Below, in pieces: positions 1 to 11,730 of a DNA stretch of 64,000 bases. A model generated the notes under the pieces. It saw only the letters and a program-made list of their open reading frames with translations, was not told the origin of the DNA and did no database searches. The position numbers were made by a program, and so were the translations under genes. Each line of letters begins with the position of its first letter. The first letter of the stretch is position 1. Origin of the DNA: an uncultured Gilliamella sp. GTDB lineage: Bacteria > Pseudomonadota > Gammaproteobacteria > Enterobacterales > Orbaceae. Location of the stretch: contig CAMLAI010000001.1 of NCBI GenBank assembly GCA_946477995.1, forward strand, positions 7,101 to 71,100. Reading direction: 5' to 3'.

Positions 1-126
1 GGATTTATGATACTTGCAGGTTGGCCATATAACAGCCTTTGGGTATTAGGCATGTTTTTAGGTATTGATCTTATATTCCAAGGTTGGGCATATGTAGCAA
101 TTGGTTTTGCACTTAAAAATCGATAG
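1..126 (+). CDS. 3' end of HdeD/DUF308-family membrane protein (partial)
   Basis: Frame 1 reads GFMILAGWPYNSLWVLGMFLGIDLIFQGWAYVAIGFALKNR*; WP..S.W.LG.F.GIDLIF.GW is typical of the HdeD C-terminus. Confidence 0.75.
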   Translation, partial: GFMILAGWPYNSLWVLGMFLGIDLIFQGWAYVAIGFALKNR

Positions 127-139
127 TCTAAACTCAAAA

Positions 140-184
140 GTTGCTCACTAACTTAGTGTATAAATTATGTGAGCAACAACTTTC
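140..184. terminator. Hairpin between convergent hdeD-like gene and rsgA
   Basis: GTTGCTCAC(140-148)/GTGAGCAAC(169-177) inverted repeat flanked by A and T runs. Confidence 0.5.
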
Positions 185-237
185 ACTACAATGATGTCAT
201 ACTCTATAATTGATGTTTGGCAAATACAACCAAATAA

Positions 238-1266
238 CTATTTGTAATTTTTATTCGTTTTTGCTTTGACTTCTTTCATGGATTGTAAAATTCGATGATA
301 GTTATCAAGCCTTGAAGGGGCTATTTTTCCATCAATAACCGCTTGTTGCAACACACAACCTGGCGTTGTCAAATGATCACAATCACGAAATTGGCATCCC
401 CCTAAATAATCAGCAAATTCTTTAAAACCACTAATAACCTGCTCAGGTTCTAAATGCCACAAACCAAACTCACGAATACCTGGAGAATCAATAATGTCGC
501 CACCATTAGGCAGATGATATAACCTCGTTGACGTGGTGGTATGTTGACCAAGCCCAGATATTTCTGAAACATCGCCTGTGAGTGCAAATTGCGATTGATG
601 AGGTAATAATAAGTTAATAATACTTGATTTTCCCACCCCTGACTGCCCAACTAAAATAGATACCTTATTTTGTAAGGTCTGTTGTAACGCTATAATGCCC
701 TGCTGATCTTGACAAGAAACAAAAAGCACCTGATAACCAATTTGGCGATATATGGCTAATTGACTTTCAACGTCTTTACGTTGTGAATCAGTAAGCAAAT
801 CAATCTTGTTTAACACAATAATTGGCGTGATGTCTGTTGCCTCACAAGCAACTAAATAGCGATCAATAATATTAAGCGATAATTCAGGCAAAACAGCTGA
901 GATAATGACGATTTGATCGACATTCGCAGCGACCGGCTTAACACCATCATAAAAATCAGGACGAACCAACTCTGAATGGCGAGGATAAACAGCCTCGATA
1001 ATACCATTGGTATTTGGCTCTAAACTTTCACGCCAAACCACTTTATCGCCAGTCACCAATGAAGGTAAAGTTCGACGAATACTACATCGACAAATTTTGC
1101 CTAAACTATCCTCCACATCCGCAGACTTACCAAAACGGCTAACAACCACACCATCACTTGGTGACGTGAAGTTGGCTAAGTTTTCATCTGACTTTATGGC
1201 TAAACGTTGTTGATGTTTCGCAGCCATGCGTCTTTTTTGATTTTGAGATAATTGATTTTTTGCCAC
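238..1266 (-). CDS. rsgA: Small ribosomal subunit biogenesis GTPase RsgA
   Basis: [27 protein letters not shown] and C-terminal CxFxDCxH..PGC zinc motif; likely GTG start at 1266. Confidence 0.96.
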   Translation of the reverse strand: MAKNQLSQNQKRRMAAKHQQRLAIKSDENLANFTSPSDGVVVSRFGKSADVEDSLGKICRCSIRRTLPSLVTGDKVVWRESLEPNTNGIIEAVYPRHSELVRPDFYDGVKPVAANVDQIVIISAVLPELSLNIIDRYLVACEATDITPIIVLNKIDLLTDSQRKDVESQLAIYRQIGYQVLFVSCQDQQGIIALQQTLQNKVSILVGQSGVGKSSIINLLLPHQSQFALTGDVSEISGLGQHTTTSTRLYHLPNGGDIIDSPGIREFGLWHLEPEQVISGFKEFADYLGGCQFRDCDHLTTPGCVLQQAVIDGKIAPSRLDNYHRILQSMKEVKAKTNKNYK

Positions 1267-1345
1267 AGTCAATAATTTTTACTAAAACAGTTTGACAGTT
1301 ATGCTACACTAGTCAGCATTAAAAAGAAAATTTCTATGACATATT

Positions 1346-1909
1346 ATGACTACATCATCACAAGTTAACAGTAATAATCTTATCTGGATTGACCTTGAAA
1401 TGACAGGTCTGAATCCCACTGTTGATCGCATCATCGAAATCGCCACAATTGTGACTGATTCAGATCTCAACATTGTTGCTGAAGGTCCTGTTATTGCCGT
1501 ACATCAATCCGATGAACAACTGGCGCTGATGGACGATTGGAACAAAAATACCCATGGAAAATCAGGTTTAATTGAACGCGTTCGTCAAAGTCAAATCAAT
1601 GAACAGCAAGCAGAACAACAAACCATCGAATTTTTAAAACAATGGGTACCAGAAAACTGCTCCCCCATTTGTGGCAACACTATTGCACAAGATCGTCGTT
1701 TTTTATTTAATTACATGCCTAATTTAGAACGTTACTTTCATTATCGTTATTTAGATGTCAGCACTATTAAAGAGTTAGCCAAACGTTGGAAACCTGAGAT
1801 ATTAAAAGGAATAAGTAAACAAAGTACACACCAAGCGCTTGATGATATACGCGACTCAATTGCTGAACTTACTTATTATCGTAAGTATTTTTTTAATGTA
1901 ACCCAATAA
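1346..1909 (+). CDS. orn: Oligoribonuclease
   Basis: [29 protein letters not shown]; divergent from rsgA as in enterobacteria. Confidence 0.97.
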   Translation: MTTSSQVNSNNLIWIDLEMTGLNPTVDRIIEIATIVTDSDLNIVAEGPVIAVHQSDEQLALMDDWNKNTHGKSGLIERVRQSQINEQQAEQQTIEFLKQWVPENCSPICGNTIAQDRRFLFNYMPNLERYFHYRYLDVSTIKELAKRWKPEILKGISKQSTHQALDDIRDSIAELTYYRKYFFNVTQ

Positions 1910-1931
1910 TTAGACATGTTGGATAATTGTT

Positions 1932-3197
1932 ATGCAAATTCTATATAATGTCCTGTTATATATTATCCAACCATTAATATGGATAAAATTACTGTGGCGT
2001 AGCCGTAAAGCACCAGCTTATCGCAAACGTTGGTTAGAACGCTATGGTTTTTGTAAACACAAAGTCAAACCAAATGGCATTTTAGTTCATGCCGTATCTG
2101 TTGGTGAAACCATTGCCGCCATTCCGCTAGTAAAAGCGTTACAGCAGCGATATCCCGATTTACCTATTACTGTTACTACAATGACGCCAACGGGTTCAGA
2201 ACAAGTAAAATCATTATTAAAAGATAGTGTCAGCCATGTCTACTTGCCTTACGATCTACCTTGTGCATTACATCGATTTCTTAAAATCGTATCACCTAAA
2301 TTGGTGATTATTATGGAAACAGAACTTTGGCCCAATTTGATATCCCAGTGCTATAAACGCCATATCCCAGTGATTATTGCCAATGCTAGGTTGTCAGAGC
2401 GATCGGCTAAAAGGTATGCTAAGTTAGGAAAAACGATTAGCCACTTATTGGCTAAAATTAGTACTGTCGCGGTACAAAATCACCAAGATGGCGAGCGTTT
2501 TATATCGCTAGGCTTGCCAAAAGAACATTTGTCCATCACCGGCAGTATCAAGTTTGATATCAACTTAACAAATCAACAGCAACAACAAATAATCGCATTA
2601 AAACAACAATGGCAATTAAATCGACCGGTATTAATTGCAGCAAGTACACATACTGGTGAAGATGAAATTATCTTATCTGCTTTTAAACTATTACTGCAAA
2701 AACACGCTAATCTTTTATTAATTTTAGTACCCCGTCATCCTGAACGTTTTAATACTGTTGAAAAGTTAATTAATGATGAAGGTTTTAATTACATCAAACG
2801 CAGTAATCAACAAATACCAACGCCCCAAACACAAATAATTTTAGGCGATACAATGGGAGAGTTAATGGTGCTTTATGGTATTGCCGATATTGCCGTAGTT
2901 GGAGGTAGTTTCGTCAAACACGGTGGACATAATCCATTAGAACCCGCTTTACACCATATTCCTATTATCAGCGGAGAGCACTATTTTAATTTCAACGTTA
3001 TTTGTGAACAGCTCATTGCTGATAATGCAATGATTATTAGTGATAGTTCAGCCAATAAATTGGCTTTATTCGTTGATAATTTATTAACTAACCCAACTCA
3101 CTGCAAGCAAATTGGCGAAAAAGCACACTATGTGTTAAAACAAAATCAAGGTGCTTTAGCTAAGTTACTTGCTATTATTAACCATTATCTTTGTTAA
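1932..3197 (+). CDS. waaA: 3-deoxy-D-manno-octulosonic acid transferase
   Basis: HAVSVGE, YLPYD, METELWPN, VPRHPERF, GGHNPLEP motifs. Confidence 0.96.
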   Translation: MQILYNVLLYIIQPLIWIKLLWRSRKAPAYRKRWLERYGFCKHKVKPNGILVHAVSVGETIAAIPLVKALQQRYPDLPITVTTMTPTGSEQVKSLLKDSVSHVYLPYDLPCALHRFLKIVSPKLVIIMETELWPNLISQCYKRHIPVIIANARLSERSAKRYAKLGKTISHLLAKISTVAVQNHQDGERFISLGLPKEHLSITGSIKFDINLTNQQQQQIIALKQQWQLNRPVLIAASTHTGEDEIILSAFKLLLQKHANLLLILVPRHPERFNTVEKLINDEGFNYIKRSNQQIPTPQTQIILGDTMGELMVLYGIADIAVVGGSFVKHGGHNPLEPALHHIPIISGEHYFNFNVICEQLIADNAMIISDSSANKLALFVDNLLTNPTHCKQIGEKAHYVLKQNQGALAKLLAIINHYLC

Positions 3198-3211
3198 TCG
3201 AAGGGTGATTT

Positions 3212-4189
3212 GTGGATAATAAACAAGGCTTATTATTAGTGAATCTAGGCACACCTAGCAAATTAACACCAGATGCAATAAAACAATATTTAACAGAGTT
3301 TTTATTGGACAAGCATGTGGTCGATTTACCTTATTTGTTATGGTATCCCATTTTAAAATATCTAATATTACCCAAACGTGTTCCCTATATTATAAATCAC
3401 TATAAAAAAATATGGGTCAATAACTGCTCGCCTTTACTCCACTACAGTCAATTATTATGTGACAAGTTACAACATGAGCTACCAGAAACTCACTGCGAGC
3501 TGGCAATGACTTATGCTCAACCCGATATGCAGTCGGCACTCAATAATCTTAAATCATGCAATAAAATTACTGTATTACCCTTGTTCCCACAATACTCTAC
3601 CACGACAACGCTTGCAGTATTGGATAAATTAAAACAGATGATTAAACGTGATAGTCATTTTAATAATATTAACTATATTCGCGATTATGCTGACAATCCA
3701 TGTTATATTCACGCGCTTTATACACAAATTGAACAGGCAATTTTAAAAAATGGAAAGCCGGAAGTATTACTACTTTCTTATCATGGTATTCCTGAACGTT
3801 ACCGCAAAAGACGTCAAGAAGATTATATTGAGCGTTGTCAACTCACTACCGAATTATTGATAAAAAAATGTCATCAAAGTGGTCTTGATTTATCAATTCA
3901 GATGGCTTATCAATCGAAATTTGGTAAAGGAAAATGGGTCGAACCTAACACCAGTGATATCCTACAAAATCTAGCGAATACTGGTATCAAACATGTACAA
4001 GTCATGTGCCCTGGCTTTTCCGCTGATTGTATTGAAACCCTATACGAAATCGATGATGAAAATCGGCAAATATTTCTACAATCTGGTGGTAAACAATTCT
4101 ATTATATTCCAGCACTAAATGATTCTCGTTTACATATTGAATTAATAAAAAGTTTGGTTAATTGTGATAAAACCTATCCTTTAACCTAA
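3212..4189 (+). CDS. hemH: Ferrochelatase
   Basis: GLLLVNLGTP, LPLFPQYS, SYHGIP, YQSKFG..W..P, PGFSADCIETLYEI. Confidence 0.92.
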   Translation: MDNKQGLLLVNLGTPSKLTPDAIKQYLTEFLLDKHVVDLPYLLWYPILKYLILPKRVPYIINHYKKIWVNNCSPLLHYSQLLCDKLQHELPETHCELAMTYAQPDMQSALNNLKSCNKITVLPLFPQYSTTTTLAVLDKLKQMIKRDSHFNNINYIRDYADNPCYIHALYTQIEQAILKNGKPEVLLLSYHGIPERYRKRRQEDYIERCQLTTELLIKKCHQSGLDLSIQMAYQSKFGKGKWVEPNTSDILQNLANTGIKHVQVMCPGFSADCIETLYEIDDENRQIFLQSGGKQFYYIPALNDSRLHIELIKSLVNCDKTYPLT

Positions 4190-4381
4190 ATTAGTCGACA
4201 TAATGTTAAACATTAATCATAACCACTAATCAAAAGGCTAATCACTTAAAACGCATATATGCTTCAATTATAAATTCGAAATTGATTACAATTAATGCGA
4301 AATAATGAGCGGCCAACAATATTTGATTTAACGTGTGGTAGGATAATAAATATCAATATTATTAGCAGTAAGGAAAAATAG

Positions 4382-5713
4382 ATGAAAATAATTATTATCG
4401 GTGCTCAAGCAGCTGGAGCAAGTGCCGCAGCAAAAGCTAAAAGAATCAATCCCGAGGCAACTATCCGTATTTATGAAAAATCCGATATCGTATCGTTTGG
4501 TGCTTGTGGTTTACCCTACTTTATTGGTGATCACTTTAGTGATGCCAACGAAATGATATCACGAACACCCCAACAGTTCGAAAAAGATGGTATTGACATA
4601 AAAATTCTTCATGAAGTTGTTGCAATAGATACTCTATCTAAAAAATTGAAGATAAAAGATCTGACTAATGGACACTGTTTTGAAGACACTTACGACAAAT
4701 TACTTTTAGCGGTGGGTGCAAGTCCAATCATTCCACCATTTTCAAATGATAAACTCAAAAATATTTTTACACTACGTGATATCTATGATGGTCAAGCAAT
4801 TAAAAAAACGCTAAGTGATGATCAAGTTAATAATATTATTGTGGTTGGGGCTGGTTATATTGGACTAGAATTGGTCGAATCACTTGTTGCATTAAACAAA
4901 AAAGTTAAGTTGATTCAATTGGATGATAGAGTATTAGTTGATGCATTCGATGCGCAAATTACCGATATCATAGCTGAAAATATCAAGCAATATTGCGATT
5001 TACATTTGCAAGAAAAAGTACTTGGTTTTGGTGGACAAGATAAAGTCACCCACGTGATAACCGATAAAGGCCAGTACCCAGCCGATATGGTTATTATTGC
5101 AACAGGTGTAAAACCCAATAGCAGCATTTATAACAATTTAGGGATTAGTACCTTAAAAAATGGTGCGATTATTACTGATGCGTTAGGCCAAACCAATATT
5201 TGTGACATCTATGCAGCAGGCGATTGTGCCGCACTTTATCACAAGGTTAGCCATGATATGGTCTATATTCCATTAGCGACCGGAGCAAATAAACTTGGCA
5301 AAGTTGTAGGTGAAAATTTAGCCGGCGGACACTGTCAATTTCCTGGAACCTTAGGTACATCAGCATTAAAAGTGTTTGATATTGAAGCTGGTCGAACAGG
5401 TATTACAGAAAATGATGCTAAAAAAGCAGCCATTGCCTATAAAACCGTTGTAGTAAAAGATAAAAACCATAGCAACTACGTTGCTGGGCAAACCAGCATA
5501 ACCGCTAAACTAATTTATCATGCCGAAACTCGTATTATTTTAGGTGGACAAATTGCCGGGGGGGTTGGAGCAGCGTTAAGAGTCAATGTGTTAGCAACAG
5601 CAATATGGGCAAAAATGACCATTGATGAATTAACTATGTTGGATTTTTTATATGCTCCTCCTTTTTCTAGGCCATGGGATGTTTTAAATATCGCAGGATC
5701 CATCGCAAAATAG
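4382..5713 (+). CDS. cdr: CoA-disulfide reductase family flavoprotein
   Basis: Redox Cys motif SFGACGLPY, GAGYIG NAD(P)H site, IYAAGDCA, C-terminal YAPPFS typical of CoADR; no rhodanese domain. Confidence 0.8.
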   Translation: MKIIIIGAQAAGASAAAKAKRINPEATIRIYEKSDIVSFGACGLPYFIGDHFSDANEMISRTPQQFEKDGIDIKILHEVVAIDTLSKKLKIKDLTNGHCFEDTYDKLLLAVGASPIIPPFSNDKLKNIFTLRDIYDGQAIKKTLSDDQVNNIIVVGAGYIGLELVESLVALNKKVKLIQLDDRVLVDAFDAQITDIIAENIKQYCDLHLQEKVLGFGGQDKVTHVITDKGQYPADMVIIATGVKPNSSIYNNLGISTLKNGAIITDALGQTNICDIYAAGDCAALYHKVSHDMVYIPLATGANKLGKVVGENLAGGHCQFPGTLGTSALKVFDIEAGRTGITENDAKKAAIAYKTVVVKDKNHSNYVAGQTSITAKLIYHAETRIILGGQIAGGVGAALRVNVLATAIWAKMTIDELTMLDFLYAPPFSRPWDVLNIAGSIAK

Positions 5714-5902
5714 CGAATACATAATCAATCAGGGTTATCGAACAACTATATTGCAAATTAGCGATTAATATTCAATTAAAGTAAACACAATACTGAAATA
5801 TACCCATTGATAGATTAATTAAATCAGAAATTTATTTTATAACCGATATATTTACATTTTTTATTTGATAATTAAATTTATCAGCAAAGGCGAGGTTCAA
5901 CT

Positions 5903-7324
5903 ATGTCAGATGCCATTTTTCAAGGAACTTTTTTTGAAAAGTTCTTATCCATAACTCATTACCAAACCTTAATTGGAATTGGACTTTTACTTGTCTGCTT
6001 TTTTGCTGTAATGAGGCCATTACAAAACCGAAAAGTCAATTTTTCGATTCGTATGTTAGTCGGATTAATACTTGGCGCAGTACTTGGTTTAGGCATCCAA
6101 GCTGCTGCTGGATTTCCTGATACATCAAGTGTTTGGATGCAAGAAACAGCAACATGGTATGGTCTTTTTGGGCGTGCATTTATTGCCTTTATTCGTATGC
6201 TAGTTATTCCACTCATCTTTGTATCCATCGTTAAAGTCATCATTGATTTCTCCGGAAAAGACAATCTACCTCAGATTGCTTTTAGAGGTATCTTTTGGTT
6301 ACTCTTTACTACGGCTATCGCTTGTTTGGTGGGTATTATACTTGCCAACCTATTTTCCCTCGGTGAAATGAGCAAAGCATCAGAACTTCAAGCTCAAGCA
6401 AAACAATATACCAATATAATTGATACGTTTATCAACCTAATACCCAGTAACATTATCGCCTCAATGGTTAAAGAAAATATTGTTGGTTTAGTCATCTTTT
6501 CTGCTTTGATGGGACTTGCTGCCAATCGAATGGAAAAGAAAAATCCTAAACCAATCGAACTATTTAAAACATTTATCGAAGCGCTATACAAAATTGTCAT
6601 GTCAATTGCTATGACAGTAATAAAATACATGCCTTACGCGGTAATAGCTTTACTTGCCCGTACCATCATTTCTAATGGTATACCGGCTATTATTCAAGTT
6701 TCCAGTTTTGTCGTTGCCATTTATGTTGCGACCTTAATTATGCTAATTGTGCATATTGCTATTGTATTAACGCATGGTATATCACCAATAACATTTATCA
6801 AAAAAGCGTTGGGTACATGGCTATTAGCCTTTACCAGCCGGTCATCTGTTGGCACATTACCTATGACAATTTCTACATTAACTGTCAGAATGGGGGTTAA
6901 TACCGGTACAGCTAATTTAGTCTGCTCGCTTGGTAGTACAATGGGGATGAACGGCTGTGCTGGCTTCTTTCCAGCATTACTTGCAGTCATGGTTGCACAT
7001 ATGGTTGGTATTGATACTAATATTCAATTTTATATTATGTTAGTGATTGTCGTTGTGATTGGTTCAATCGGTATTGCGGGTATTCCTGGCACCGCAACCG
7101 TTGCGGCAACTGTCGTATTATCTGGAATGGGCATGGCTGAGTATTTTCCGTTGATTGGTATGGTCCTTGCTGTTGATCCAATTATTGATATGGCCAGAAC
7201 TTTAGCCAATGTATCTGGTGCAATGACCGCGGCGATTGCCACTGATCGTGAAGTAGGTTTGATGGACTTGAACGTATATAACGATCCAACTGTGACACTT
7301 GAAAATGAATCAACAGATGCCTAA
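5903..7324 (+). CDS. Cation:dicarboxylate symporter (DAACS), TcyP-like L-cystine transporter
   Basis: AFTSRSS, GMNGCAG, IAGIPG, DPIIDMARTLANV; N-terminal extra helix as in TcyP. Confidence 0.8.
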   Translation: MSDAIFQGTFFEKFLSITHYQTLIGIGLLLVCFFAVMRPLQNRKVNFSIRMLVGLILGAVLGLGIQAAAGFPDTSSVWMQETATWYGLFGRAFIAFIRMLVIPLIFVSIVKVIIDFSGKDNLPQIAFRGIFWLLFTTAIACLVGIILANLFSLGEMSKASELQAQAKQYTNIIDTFINLIPSNIIASMVKENIVGLVIFSALMGLAANRMEKKNPKPIELFKTFIEALYKIVMSIAMTVIKYMPYAVIALLARTIISNGIPAIIQVSSFVVAIYVATLIMLIVHIAIVLTHGISPITFIKKALGTWLLAFTSRSSVGTLPMTISTLTVRMGVNTGTANLVCSLGSTMGMNGCAGFFPALLAVMVAHMVGIDTNIQFYIMLVIVVVIGSIGIAGIPGTATVAATVVLSGMGMAEYFPLIGMVLAVDPIIDMARTLANVSGAMTAAIATDREVGLMDLNVYNDPTVTLENESTDA

Positions 7325-7481
7325 TTAGGTTGCTATTATTAAATAGTAAGCTAAATGTCAGCTGAGATAAACACAATCAATATTTTAACAAATTACACTA
7401 ATGATAAAGTGGAGTAGATTACAAATAATCATTTAGATTGAAAATCTACAAATTGTGTACATCTCAATTAATAAATTCAAA

Positions 7482-7509
7482 ATAAAAAAGGTGCGAAATG
7501 CACCTTTCT
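7482..7509 (-). terminator. Intrinsic terminator of galU
   Basis: AAAGGTGC-GAAAT-GCACCTTT stem with T tract on minus strand. Confidence 0.75.
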
Positions 7510-7536
7510 TATAATCCATTAATGACAGTAAAAACA

Positions 7537-8451
7537 TTAAAGCGTTTTAAGCCAAGCTTTTACATCATTACCTAAACTTTTGTGACGCATTGCGTATTGC
7601 ACAAAAGTTTGAACATAACCTAATTTATTACCGCAATCATGGCTACGACCTTTTATACAATAAGCATCAACCGGATCTTCTTCTAGTAACATTGCAATAG
7701 CGTCGGTTAATTGAATTTCACCACCAGCTCCTAAAGGCGTTTTAGCAAGTAATGGCCAGATTTTTTCAGATAATACATATCGTCCGACAACTGATTGATT
7801 AGAAGGCGCAGCGTCAATGGTCGGTTTTTCAACTACACTATACATCTGAGCAGTATTGCCTGCTAATAGCGCTTCACCACGGCAATCGACAATACCATAA
7901 GAAGAGACTAACTCTTTTGGCACTGGTTCGACCATGATTTGACTACGTTTGGTTTCTTGATAGTTACTAATCATCGCTGCTAAATTGTCTGTGCTAAGAT
8001 CACTATCATATTCATCAATAATTACATCCGGTAACACGACCGCAAATGGCTCATCGCCAACTAAAGGGTAAGCGCATAATACTGCATGACCAAGCCCTTT
8101 AGCTAAGCCTTGACGAACACTGGTTATCGTCACATTTTTTGGCAAAATACCTTGCACTTCTTGGAGTAATTGACGTTTAACTCGGGCTTCTAGCATAGCT
8201 TCTAATTCAAAACTTGTATCAAAATGATTTTCGATAGAATTTTTTGATGAGTGCGTTACAAAAATAATTTCTGTGATTCCAGCTGAAATACATTCTTTAA
8301 CGACATATTGAATAAGTGGTCTATCCACAACAGGCAGCATTTCTTTAGGGATGGCTTTAGTCGCAGGCAACATGCGAGTACCCAGCCCTGCAACAGGGAT
8401 AACGGCTTTTTTTACTTTTCCATTTACTGATGGTTCAAAATTTAGTGTCAT
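7537..8451 (-). CDS. galU: UTP--glucose-1-phosphate uridylyltransferase
   Basis: [41 protein letters not shown]. Confidence 0.96.
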   Translation of the reverse strand: MTLNFEPSVNGKVKKAVIPVAGLGTRMLPATKAIPKEMLPVVDRPLIQYVVKECISAGITEIIFVTHSSKNSIENHFDTSFELEAMLEARVKRQLLQEVQGILPKNVTITSVRQGLAKGLGHAVLCAYPLVGDEPFAVVLPDVIIDEYDSDLSTDNLAAMISNYQETKRSQIMVEPVPKELVSSYGIVDCRGEALLAGNTAQMYSVVEKPTIDAAPSNQSVVGRYVLSEKIWPLLAKTPLGAGGEIQLTDAIAMLLEEDPVDAYCIKGRSHDCGNKLGYVQTFVQYAMRHKSLGNDVKAWLKTL

Positions 8452-8960
8452 TTTATTTCCTTAAAAACAAATTAACTGACAACGCTGTTATAGCTATAAA
8501 TACTATAACAGCGATTAACAAAGGTATTTTTGATTGGTATAAACTTTAGCATACAAGCAATCGAAATACTCAAATAAATTATTGCTACAAAATTCGATAT
8601 TAGATAAGCCAATTTGGTTTTAGATTGTAATACAAAATAAGTCAGAACGGTATTAGATATCAATAAAACATCTAAGATAAATCTAAAAATATTAAACAAA
8701 ATTAGCAAAGGCTTATTTCAGCTTAACAAGCAATAGACACCATTATCGTTTATCTTAAATAAGAACAAATCGCCATTTGATGCTAGCGAAAAAATCCAAC
8801 GATAACCAATGAGAGAATTAGATGATTAATATAAAGTAAGAATGCAACTCAATTTCACAAAAAATTACTCAAATACGATATAAAATAAGGTCAACCAAGC
8901 AAAACCTATTATCAGTCGATTAACAAATATCGCAATGAATTTTGTTCTCTCATATAATGC

Positions 8961-9464
8961 CTATTTATTTATCGATATCTCATTAGACTCAATTAATAAA
9001 GGGTTATCTTTATCTTTGGCTAAAGAATCAATAGCAATATAAACAATTTGGCAATTTTGTAAAACTGCTTGTCTAACAACAAATTTTGCTTTGCGATCGC
9101 GTTCTTGTTTTTGTGCAGGGCTAATATAAAGATCATCGTAACCGTCATCATACAAGGTAGCCCTATCTAATAAACTTTGTGTTCGCCAAAAAGTTTCCTT
9201 AGGATAATCACGTGTAAAAATCTGATCGGTTAGCTTGCCTTTTATACCTGCATAACTTGAAGATAAATGCTTACTAGCACGACTTTGAGCGATATAAATT
9301 GATTGGTAACTTTTTTTATTGGAAGGAAGTAAATTTAACGAAAACTCAACGCCTGCGCGAGTTGAGTATTGGCAATTATGCATAACTGAGGGTGCAGTTC
9401 GAAAATTTAATGAACCACACCCAACAAGTAAAAAAAACACGACGAAAATAATAAGACGCTTCAT
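8961..9464 (-). CDS. Hypothetical lipoprotein
   Basis: Signal peptide MKRLIIFVVFFLLVG-C with lipobox; no recognised domain. Confidence 0.65.
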   Translation of the reverse strand: MKRLIIFVVFFLLVGCGSLNFRTAPSVMHNCQYSTRAGVEFSLNLLPSNKKSYQSIYIAQSRASKHLSSSYAGIKGKLTDQIFTRDYPKETFWRTQSLLDRATLYDDGYDDLYISPAQKQERDRKAKFVVRQAVLQNCQIVYIAIDSLAKDKDNPLLIESNEISINK

Positions 9465-9533
9465 TTTTACTTAAGTATATTCACAAAATAACCGTTTTCA
9501 CATTTACCTTGCAAATAGACTACTTTGTCTTAT

Positions 9534-9683
9534 TTACATTTTATCGCTAACTTTTTCAGCAGTATTTGAAATAGCTTTACCGCCAGATTGCACATCTTTA
9601 CCTACACCATTTACTGTATTACATCCAGTAACTAATGTTGTCATTACAAGACCGAACACAATAATTAACATTTTTTGCAACAT
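9534..9683 (-). CDS. Entericidin A/B family lipoprotein (49 aa, below ORF-track cutoff)
   Basis: Manual translation MLQKMLIIVFGLVMTTLVTGCNTVNGVGKDVQSGGKAISNTAEKVSDKM*; CNT..G.GKD...GG.AI signature; AAAGGAG RBS. Confidence 0.92.
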   Translation of the reverse strand: MLQKMLIIVFGLVMTTLVTGCNTVNGVGKDVQSGGKAISNTAEKVSDKM

Positions 9684-9710
9684 TTGATACTCCTTTCATT
9701 ATTTACATTG

Positions 9711-10904
9711 TTATTTTAGTGTAGCAAATGCTTCTGCCACACGATGAATGTTATGGTGATTCAACCCAGCCACACACATTCTTCCGCTGCCCACCAAATA
9801 AACAGCAAAGTTATCTTTTAATTGTGTAACTTGATTTTGGGTAAATCCAGTGTAACTAAACATACCACGTTGTTTAACTAAATAATCAAAATTACGGTCT
9901 AACGATTTGTTTTTTAATAATTCAACTAAGGTTGATCGCATTGTCACAATACGATTACGCATTGATGCCACTTCTTTGAACCATAACGCTTTAAGATCAT
10001 TATTATTTAAAACATAAGACACAAGATGTGCGCCATAAGCTGCTGGACTTGAATAATTACGACGAACGGTCGCTTGAAGTTGCCCAAGCACATGACTTGC
10101 GACTTGGCTATTATCACATAAAACCGACAAACCACCAACTCGCTCACCATAAAGGGAAAATGTTTTAGAAAAAGAGTTACTGATAAGTCCACACAATCCT
10201 ACTTCTGCGGCCTTTCGAAGCGCATATGCATCATCGTCAATATTTTCACCAAAGCCTTGATAAGCAATATCCATAAAAGGAATTAAATCTCGATTTTTTA
10301 AAACTGCTATGACTTTATCCCATTGATCGTGCGTTAAATCAGCACCTGTTGGGTTATGGCAGCAAGGATGCAGTAAAACAATGCTTTTAGCCGGTAATTG
10401 GTCTAAAGTTTGAAGCATAGCATCAAATTTTACGCCACAGGTTTTATCATCGAAATAAGGGTATTGATTGACCTTAAAACCTGCCCCACTAAAAATGGCA
10501 ATATGATTTTCCCAAGTAGGATCACTTACCCAAACCTGAGAATCTGGAAAATAGCGATATAAGAAATCGGCACCAATTTTTAATGCACCCGATCCACCTA
10601 GTGTTTGAATAGTTGCAATTCGCTTATCTTTATAAGCGCTGTGATTTTCACCAAAAAGCAAAACTTGAATAGCTTGACAATAAGCAGGCAATCCACTCAT
10701 CGGTAAATAAAGTTGCGCACCTTGATTATGCTGATAGATATAATCGCGAGCAGCTTTAATACATGATAATTGTGGGACGACACTGTTTTCATCATAATAG
10801 TAGCCAATACTTAAATTGGTCTTGTTTTCTCTATTATCATTATTAAATTCTGCGACCAAAGATAAAATTGGATCGCCCGCATACGAATCGATTTTTTCAA
10901 ACAT
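9711..10904 (-). CDS. tyrB: Aromatic amino acid aminotransferase
   Basis: [53 protein letters not shown]. Confidence 0.92.
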   Translation of the reverse strand: MFEKIDSYAGDPILSLVAEFNNDNRENKTNLSIGYYYDENSVVPQLSCIKAARDYIYQHNQGAQLYLPMSGLPAYCQAIQVLLFGENHSAYKDKRIATIQTLGGSGALKIGADFLYRYFPDSQVWVSDPTWENHIAIFSGAGFKVNQYPYFDDKTCGVKFDAMLQTLDQLPAKSIVLLHPCCHNPTGADLTHDQWDKVIAVLKNRDLIPFMDIAYQGFGENIDDDAYALRKAAEVGLCGLISNSFSKTFSLYGERVGGLSVLCDNSQVASHVLGQLQATVRRNYSSPAAYGAHLVSYVLNNNDLKALWFKEVASMRNRIVTMRSTLVELLKNKSLDRNFDYLVKQRGMFSYTGFTQNQVTQLKDNFAVYLVGSGRMCVAGLNHHNIHRVAEAFATLK

Positions 10905-11158
10905 ATTGACTACCTACTAACACAATCAACACTGACTAATAGTTGTAGATTATTACATCAACTTAATTGTCAATCAATCACTAAATAAAAGTTTAACAAC
11001 AAATAATTAGAGCGATATTTACTGAGTAAATAAAGGCAAAATATTCATTCTTAAACTATAAAAATAGACCAATCTATACGCAATTAGCTCAATCTATTAG
11101 TTATAGTTTATTTATCGTAAGCATTAGCACTTTATGGTGCTAACAGAATATGTCACGC

Positions 11159-11545
11159 TTATTTAACTGCAATCACTTCAATTTCTACTTTTGCATCTTT
11201 AGGTATTTTAGCTACTTGTACGCAAGAGCGTGCCGGAAATGCCGCATTGTTCTCAGTAAAAAATGACTCATAAATAGCATTCACTGCGGCAAAATCATTC
11301 ATATCTGCTAAAAATATAGTTGTCTTGACAATATTATTGATCTGATAACCCGCAGCTGTCACAATTGCTTTAACATTAGCTAAACTTTGTTTGGTTTGTT
11401 CCTCAATAGACGTTGCCATTTGACCAGTAACAGGATCGAGTGGAATTTGCCCAGATGCAAATAACATATTACCTAAATCAACCCCTTGAACATATGGACC
11501 AATTGCAGCAGGCGCTTTATCGGTACTAATCACTTTTTTTACCAT
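11159..11545 (-). CDS. ridA: RidA family enamine/imine deaminase
   Basis: APAAIGPYVQG, SGQIP, PARSCVQV, VEIEVIA. Confidence 0.9.
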   Translation of the reverse strand: MVKKVISTDKAPAAIGPYVQGVDLGNMLFASGQIPLDPVTGQMATSIEEQTKQSLANVKAIVTAAGYQINNIVKTTIFLADMNDFAAVNAIYESFFTENNAAFPARSCVQVAKIPKDAKVEIEVIAVK

Positions 11546-11730
11546 GTTTGATTTTCTCCTTTTTCATCTTGTCTGGTTAATCATTCATCTCAATACATTC
11601 ATTTATTTTGTCTATTGCCATTTCAACAGTAACCTAATTTACTGTCAAGTTTGTACTTGATTATGATCGTGGGACTTCTGACAAATTTCTGCTATGATAA
11701 ACATAATTTTTTTATTTATTGAGAGTTAAC

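Noticed and set aside
8472-8708. 78-aa hydrophobic ORF upstream of galU
   Set aside because: TTG start, no RBS, AT-rich low-complexity codons; probably the galU promoter region
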